Source: Tubiluchus corallicola (taxonomy: Eukaryota > Animalia > Priapulida). From it: a stretch of DNA of 64,000 bases. A program made the position numbers and the translations under genes. The stretch spans positions 142,911-206,910 of the forward strand of contig JAQGDQ010000253.1 of NCBI GenBank assembly GCA_030141605.1, in the 5' to 3' direction. Shown one piece after another: positions 56,501-64,000 of this stretch (position 1 is its first letter; every line of letters starts with the position of its first letter). Below the pieces are notes generated by a model. The model was not told the origin of the DNA. It made no database searches and saw nothing but the letters and a program-made list of their open reading frames with translations.

Positions 56501-59500
56501 TTTTGTTTTATACACCTAATTATACTAAATAGGTAACAATTTTCACTTCATGTGTACAAAAAAGTAAAAATTATACTAAAGTATCTTGCAATAATTAGTA
56601 AGGTTCTGTAAAGTTACCTGAGTTACACTTTTCAGATTTTGCACCAATGATTGCTTCTCTTGGGTCAGAGTTTGCAGCATTTGTTCGTTGTCTTTCAGAG
56701 TCTGACTTACATTTGGAATCACGTCTGGAGTAGCATGAAGACCCACTTCTCCCTGCTGCTGCAGCTACAGAACAAAGAAAAACTGGCTAATAAGACGGTG
56801 GTACACAGCAGCAGTATTTTAATAGACTGAACCACTGACATTCATCTAAATAGTGGTTTAACTACAAAACAAAGCAAAAGTTTTATATAGTCTTCAGGTT
56901 AGCTTACATTGCAAAAACTGTCATGCTACAGTCAGAAAACTGCAACACAGAGACAAAAAATATGGTTTTTACAAAAGAGATAATTAGTAACCTGTGCTAA
57001 TACGTAAATTTTTGGGACTACTTTCAAAGGAATCTAACTACAATCAGAGTGTAGGAAATTTGATAAAAAAAAACCCAAGATCAGCAAACTGTCAAAACAC
57101 ATCACGTGACAAAATACATTCAGTCTAGGCAAATCAATTAAGTGGCATAAGCAATGACACAATCCTCAGCGATTCGCTTGCCAAAAAAAATAAATATTTT
57201 AGCAGTATATTAATAATGCAAGAAAAGTAAAGAAGTCTTAGTGCGCATAAGTGCATCATCTAGCTCACCACATTTAGAACCAAAACAATTTATCAGACCT
57301 AGTAGATATTGTTAGCAACTAAATGAAAGTGACCAGCAAGAAACTAACGTACCTTAAGAAAAATATAAAACTAGTTAAACTCTACACATCAGACCATTAC
57401 ATTCTAATTTGTACAAATAACAAATGTTTCACTGACGGATACCTTGCTATGTGCTTCATGCAATGAAAACAAAGTACTTTTCAATTGTTGCACCTGCATT
57501 TCATTCTCTTTAACCTGTCCATGAGCTTCCTGCAACTTCTTCACAAGTGATGAGTTCTCTGCCTGAAGTTGGTCCACTTGTGCTGACAAGTTTTCGCTGC
57601 CTACAAAACACAATTCATTAAAATTACAAATGCATAAAGGTAGTGCTATTTGAAGAGGCAAATATAAACAACGCAATAGACCAAATATATTCACTAAAAT
57701 AAACATCAAGTAGGTCAAACTAAATGTTAACTCATTCGAAACCAAACTGCTAAGGTGCGTTCTTGGCATTAGCTATTGGAATCACATCACGAACGACGAG
57801 GTCTACAGACGTGCGGGTCTCGCCGGCACATTGGCAGACCACATCAAACGTTGCCGTCTGGAATATCTGGGGCACGTCGCTCGAATGGCCCGCTCCCGCC
57901 TACCGTTCATCTTTATGTTCGAGCCGGCGCAGGTGGCAGCAGCAGCACGCCGCGGCACGTGGAAGCGCTGCAGAGGAGGTCAACAAAAGCATTTCTTGCA
58001 TCAAATCAAGCGCGATATTGTGTCTCCTCTTGGGCTCGACCGCTACCACCAAGTTTCCGGTGATCTCACAGAGCTGCCATCGTACTGCGAGGACCGGAAG
58101 CAGTGGCATGAGATGGTTCGGGATGCTACTTGTGCTGGCCTGCCTCCACCTGGTGGGGGCAGCAAGTAAGCAAGTAAGTAGGTCAAACTGCTGACTGGCA
58201 ATGATTCCAAAAAGCGTGAATGATCAGCATGACCCCTACATCCTGGCAATGCTGAACTTGACAAACATTTGCATACCATACCAAAAGTACATCTGTGGCA
58301 ACAAATCAAATTTTTAAGCCTAGTAAATAATGAAATTATAAGCAAACCTTCACTTTAAGCACCAGACTGGAGCAGAAAGGGAGTTAAAATAAGAAAAGAA
58401 AAAAGTATAGAGTCTATGTAACATAAAAAAGTTTAAATAACCACGTTTCTTAACAATGTACAAAAATTTAATAAATATAACTGCAAAACACACACTAGCG
58501 CCACCTATTGCATGTAACCAATACACATTTTTATGACTTTGCAAAGCCAATAATTTAGTAGTCTACAATAGCCAAGACTATAAATACCTGTATACGCAGA
58601 CAGTTGTCTTGCTAGTGCATTCTTCTCAGCTAGCGTCTGCCGTAATACTCCCTCCCGATCTCTCAAGGTTTTTGTGATCGACGATAATTGAGACGAGAGC
58701 GCCGACCTTTCCTCGCAGAGTTTATTAATCTGCAGTGTTAACTTCTCACATCTGGAATAACAAAACAAAAACCAAATAAACAATTTTCACCGTGATGCGC
58801 ATCACTACAACTACAAAAAATTCAAATTAAGCAAAACAAAATAAGGTAAATAAAATTTACAAAATACTTTATAAACCATCCAATATTGCACCTACACATC
58901 AGCAGGACGAAATGATATAGTATATTGTTCATAGAAATTTTAACTAACAGACTTATAAACAGCTAGAAAAGGTTTTAAAAGTAAACATCTAGAAAACACG
59001 AAAAGTACAAAGGAAAAGTGCAAAAAATAAGCAAAAAAAAACAATGTACGCATTGAAACAAACAACTAACACTTTATGTACCTGAGATTGACTTGATGCA
59101 AATTTTGTGCTGCATTCTTCAACTCTTCCTTCAAAGTAGCATGTTCTGTTACATGGCAGTCAGTAATTGCTGAAATCTTGTTTGCTTTTATCTGATTTAT
59201 CTCTTCTCTAAGGCAACCATTCTGGTGAGCTAGTTGCTTATTCTCCTCTCTCAACATTTCCAAAGATTCAGTACTGGAAAACTTCTGCTTCACTGCCAAT
59301 TTCCCATTATTTTCTTGCAGTTCAACGGCTTCTAATGATGCCTGCTGTTGCATGCGTTGTAATTTTTCAAGCTTTTCTTCATCTGTAGCCATAAATTGGT
59401 AGGACTCGTTGGTCAGTTCTACTTGGTTTCGTAACTGCTCATGTTCTTCAGTACGACACGCACTGTGGAAGCCTCTAACAATCTCATCTTCAGCCAAGTT

Positions 59501-62500
59501 TGCTTTAGCATCATCACTAATATGTAGGTCATCTTCTAAGTCAGTATTTACCTCGAGGCGAACATCCGTCATTGAACCTTTCTGACTTTTTAGGGTCCCA
59601 ATTGCCATTTTAAGATGGCTATTTTCTTTTCGCAAAGCTTCAAGCAGGGCTACTGTTGCATGCAGTTCATTTTCAGTGTCACTTAACTGTTTTAGAGTAT
59701 ACGCTGCCTCCCTTGAAGCTTCTTCCTTCTCCATGGTAATTTCATGTTCTCTGTCGACAAGCACCATAATATCAGTTTCAAGTTTCACGATCTTTGATGT
59801 CATTGATTCAATTTTGACAACAGATTCAATAGGATCGACACGGTGGTCAAACAAAGTGCTTGTTTCTGAAGGGGAAATCTCACTAGTATCAGTTGATTTA
59901 GGAGTAGCAACCATTCTTTGTATGCCCTCATTCTCTAATTTAATAATTTTTTCTTGAAGAGAAGTGTTCAGCTCATGTTCGCATTTCAATTTATTCTGCA
60001 GCATGTCAAGTTCTTCACCAAGTATTTCCTTCTCCTTTTTAACTTCTGATAAATCTAATTCAGTTTTATCATTTTTGAGTAAAATTTCATTCAATTTTGT
60101 ATGTAGTTCTATAGAAGATGCACGTTCTGAATCATTCTCTTTTGAAAGGCTATCCACTTGTGCCATTAGGTGTTCAATTGTTTGTTTGAGATCCACAATT
60201 TGCTTATCATGGCTTGCAATATCACCATCTTTCACATTTGCTCTTTCACAAACTTGCTCCTGCAATTTGCAGTTTTCAAGTTTCGCAGCATTCAATTCCA
60301 ATTCCATTTCTTCCTTTTCTAGCTCTAGTTTCTTTAACCTGTTGTATGCATCTTCATATTTCTTTTTGAGGAGTTGATTGGCTTTCAAAGACTCAGTATG
60401 CTCATTTTTTAAACCAGAAAGTTTACCAAGCAATTCATTTATATCTAAGTCTTTACCATTATCCACACCATCTGTGTTTGCAAAAAAATGTCTGACATCC
60501 GACCCTTCAAGGTCAAGCACTTGGTCACACTCATAAACATTGCCAGCTTTTTCAAGTCCATTTTCATTCTCGACTTGCTTCCAATCTGCAAGAATAGCCA
60601 CTTGCTCAGGATTATTATGTTCAATTGGATCATCAATTTGGATAAGTGGTTCTGACATTGTCTCCCTGCCCTCGTCAAACTGCAGCTTTCTTGTTAACTG
60701 AGCTGTATCACAGACATTTATGTTAAGTTGGTCTTCCAATTCTGAGATCTCCTTTTTGTGCAATGCAATGAGAGCATTCATTTCATTTACAACAGTTTCG
60801 TGTTTGACATTTTCATCTGTGTTAATAATGTCTTGTAAATGTTGTGACTGAACATGAAGCTTCTCTTCTGCTTGCTCTAAATTAAGAAGCAGACGACGAT
60901 TTTCTTTATACATATCCTTTAATTGCTTCTCCAGCTCAATTTTATCAGTCTTATACTTTTCAACTACCCTCAAAAAAGCAGTATTGTCAGATTCTAGTAG
61001 CGCAAAAAGAGAATTTTGCTCTTTCAGATCTTCATTTTCCCTTTTGATTTCATCGAACTCTGTTAAGACGTTTTTATGGTGGCTTGACAATTCTGTGAAT
61101 TCAAATTCCATTTTATGCAAATCATCAAACGTTTGGGTTTGCTTGGTTTTCTCACCAATAAGCAATTGTTTTTCAATCTCTTTTTGGTGTAAACTTTTAG
61201 TCAAGTTAATATTTTCCTTGACCAATTTTGCATTTGCTTCTTCTAAACTTCCTAGGGTACCTTTCAAATCACTCTTCATTTCTTCTAGTTGTTTCAAATC
61301 GGATTCAGCCTGTTCTAATTGCTGACACTTTGACAGAATTTCCTCTTTCAAAAAGGAAATTTGCTCTCCAAAAGCCAACGAACTATTATTGGAAATCAAA
61401 TTAGTGTCTGCACTGTGAAGTTTGAACGGCGCAACTTCTTCCTCTAAACTATGCCGTTTATTTGAAGATTCAGCAAGTTGATTCAATATCAAGTTGATCT
61501 CTTTGCAGTTTAAATCAATGATTTGCTCTTTAGATTTTAGTTCATTCTCAAGTTTACTAACTAGTTTTGTAGTGTCAATAATAGAATGATGATGGTCTTT
61601 AATTTCGTTTCTCAATTTGTCATTTTCTGCTTTCAACAATTTTAACTGCACATCCTGATCTGTAAACCTCATTGACATTTCATTAATGTCTTGCCGCAAT
61701 TTGGATTCAATTTCTTTCTTGGCCTCCTCCATAAAGGCCATGTTCTCTTTACACATATTCTGCTCAGCTAGCAAAGATGTGATGGAAGATTCCATGCGCT
61801 CATTCGTCTTTGAAAGTTCTTCCAGAGCAGCTTCTTTAACTTTCATGCTGTCTTCCAATGCAACATTTGTAGCATGTGCATGTTCAAATTTTTCTTTAAA
61901 TAATTTCAGTTTTTCCAAGAGTTTTTTGAACTTAATTTTCAAAACTTCCAAATCATGTTTTGTGTGCTCCAACTCTTTGTTTGAATCCTCACCTGAAGAA
62001 GCAGCAGAATTAGATACACAAGAGGAAGCATATAAGGGTACCTCTGCCTTTACAACTTGCTCTACCAAGTTTGTACTGCCACATAAAGAAGGTACTGATG
62101 TGATATCATTGTCCATAATTTTATCTGTGGCTGCTACTCTTGCTTCAAGTGCTTTTATTTTTGCAGATTGTTCTGTAAGCTGGTCATCTTTATTTTGCAG
62201 TGTAGACAACATTGTTCTAGCTTGATTTTGTAATACATTAACTTCATTAGTTAACCTGAACATGTCTAAATTGGTAGCTTCCAGCTCAGTTCTTAATGCA
62301 GCCTCGGTTTCCTTTAAAAAATTTATTTGTCGTTCGAACTCTAACATTTTATTGTGCTCTGTTTCAGAAATTTCATGAATAACCTCATGCTGATCGAGAA
62401 GGAACTTACTGTCAGTTTCTAATTGTGCAACTTCCAAATTTTTACTTTCAAGTTGATGCTCCAACTTGTTTTCCTTTTCTACTTCTTGTTGCAGAACTTC

Positions 62501-64000
62501 TTCTAATTCTTCTTTAACATTTTCAAGTTCTTTGTAAGTTTTCTTTATGCTTTCTAATTCAAGCCCTTTGTTTTTTAGTTCTTCTGCTATACGAAGCTTG
62601 TCCGATCTCTCACATTCAAGTTCAGACTGTAGGACATCTATAACTGATTTTGAGTTATTAGTGGCTTTCTGTAAGTCCTCTACAGCATGTTCTACATCAG
62701 TCAGTTTTTCTTGTAACAGTTCTCTTTCATATACAGCTTCATCAAGCTTGTATTTTAATTCCTTGTTTAATTCACACTGGTCTTTCAACTCAGACTGAAC
62801 AGCTGATATGATGTCCATTTTTTCATGAACGTTGTTTTTCACTGCATTTAACTCCGTGTCTTTACTTAAAAATAAATTCTCTATTTCTTGTAACATTTGG
62901 CAATAATCAGTACACTCTAACTGTTTTGCAGATTTTGCACAGAAATTTTCCTCGAGCTGTTTCATATTGCCTCTGTTGATACAAACTGTTTCATTTAGAC
63001 CAGCTATAGCTGCATGCAAGTATTCAATGTTTTTAGTCTTTCCTATTAATTCTTCCTGAAGCAAATCCACTGAATGTCGTGCATCCTTTAACTGTTTCTC
63101 AACAGTTTCAGTTTTACATTTAATGTCATCCTGCAACTTTTTATGCTCCTTTTGCAACTGTTTCTGTTCAATAACCAGCACAGAGTTTGCTTCATTTAAA
63201 GCTTTATTTGCATCTTCAGTGTCCTGCATCTCCAAATGAAGCTTCTGGTTTTCACATTTATAACTTTCTAAAGAATTCTGAAGAATTACTAAAGCAGACT
63301 CTTTGTCACATAACGAATTTCGAAGTTTTTCTACTTTTACATATAGATTAGCTATTTTGTTCTCAAGTGTGCTTGTACATAAATTGTATTGCTCAATTTG
63401 CAATTGCTGGTCCATCTGTAGCTTCATCGAATAATCATCCAGTTCTTGTTTCACTTTCTTTAATTTCAAGTCAGCATTTTCATTTGCTGCCTCAAATGCA
63501 GTTTTTAATTCACATATTTCTTCACTGAATACAAATTCTCTTTGGGTTAATTCAGCAGCCAAGTTTCTCACCATCTCATCCTTACACGAAAGGGCATTTT
63601 CAAAATCAAAGGCATTACGCTCTAATTGTGTTGTTAGCTCCTGTATATGAGCATCCATGTCATCTTTTATTTTCTTCTTTTCATCTGTTAATGCCTCTAT
63701 TTTTTTCTCTAGCTCTGCATAATTATGTTCTAAATTAGTAATTATCAAATTGTTCTCTTCAATTTGGTTAAGGTGTTTCTCTATTTCACTGTTCTTTGCT
63801 ACTTTCAGATCTTCTAGTTGTTTAGCACTATTAAACTTTGTGCTCTTAATCAAACCTCTGAGCTTTTTGTTTTCCTTATCCAACCTCTCTTTGTCATTTT
63901 CCAAATCACATATTTTTTCAGAGAATGACTGCAATTGTGCTTCATTGGTCTCATTCATTTCATTGGTCTGTGTTTCGTATAGAAGCTTGAGGTTTTCCAG
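50558..64000 (-). CDS. GOLGB1: Giantin-like tail-anchored coiled-coil golgin, 5'-partial
   Basis: In-frame exons: >64000-59082 (open to the window edge), 58751-58588, 57600-57443, 56764-56618, 55846-55745, 55030-54948, 53903-53708, 52099-52039, 51618-51564, 50666-50558. More than 1900 aa of E/K/L-rich coiled coil end in RRIRARPTLRLLLVLYMITIHGFLLYHLIGL*, a C-terminal TM with the YxxxxH signature of giantin, golgin-84 and CASP. Size and the giant exon favour giantin. Confidence 0.82.
52235..52290 (+). pseudogene. Decayed 5S/SINE3 head fragment
   Basis: CGAAGTTAAGCAACACGGAGCCAGGTTAG matches the 5S A-box region. Confidence 0.5.
52316..52563. repeat. Intronic tandem duplication, ~136-bp period
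   Basis: ACACTTGGACAGAGTACTGCAGCCTGTAC...CTGATCTCTGCAAT occurs twice, nearly identical. Confidence 0.9.
57722..58175 (+). mobile_element. Young 5'-truncated RTE/RTEX LINE in a golgin intron (antisense)
   Basis: Uninterrupted frame SFETKLLRCVLGISYWNHITNDEVYRR...RLEYLGHVARM...EDRKQW, a (CAAG/TAAG)n tail, and a perfect 14-bp TSD AAGTAGGTCAAACT at 57708-57721 and 58176-58189. Confidence 0.9.

Noticed and set aside
59676-62798. Plus-strand Ser-rich ORFs opposite the golgin exon
   Set aside because: These are antisense shadows of E/K/L-rich coiled-coil codons.

Overview
AT-rich, intron- and repeat-rich animal DNA, most likely from an invertebrate; the species cannot be determined here. Three protein-coding genes are supported. 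(1) An intronless class A GPCR (1369-2619, +) sits directly behind a ~1.2 kb 30-bp minisatellite. (2) A complete secreted animal heme peroxidase with 16 coding exons (19074->3984, -; ~845 aa, spliced by hand in frame) has an unassigned N-terminal region. (3) The 3' part of a giantin/GOLGB1-like tail-anchored golgin (>64000->50558, -) includes one exon longer than 4.9 kb. The ~20-50 kb interval holds mostly non-autonomous mobile elements: hAT-type MITEs carrying (CT)n tracts, piggyBac-type MITEs, a solo LTR, a tRNA-headed SINE, LINE 3' fragments and microsatellites. The best candidate for an undescribed system is a ~545-bp retroposon present in four copies, with target-site duplications (TSDs). 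It joins a near-full-length 5S rRNA head (Pol III promoter) to a middle body and an RTE-LINE 3' end with a (CAA)n tail. Family assignments rest on motifs and recollection, not database searches.
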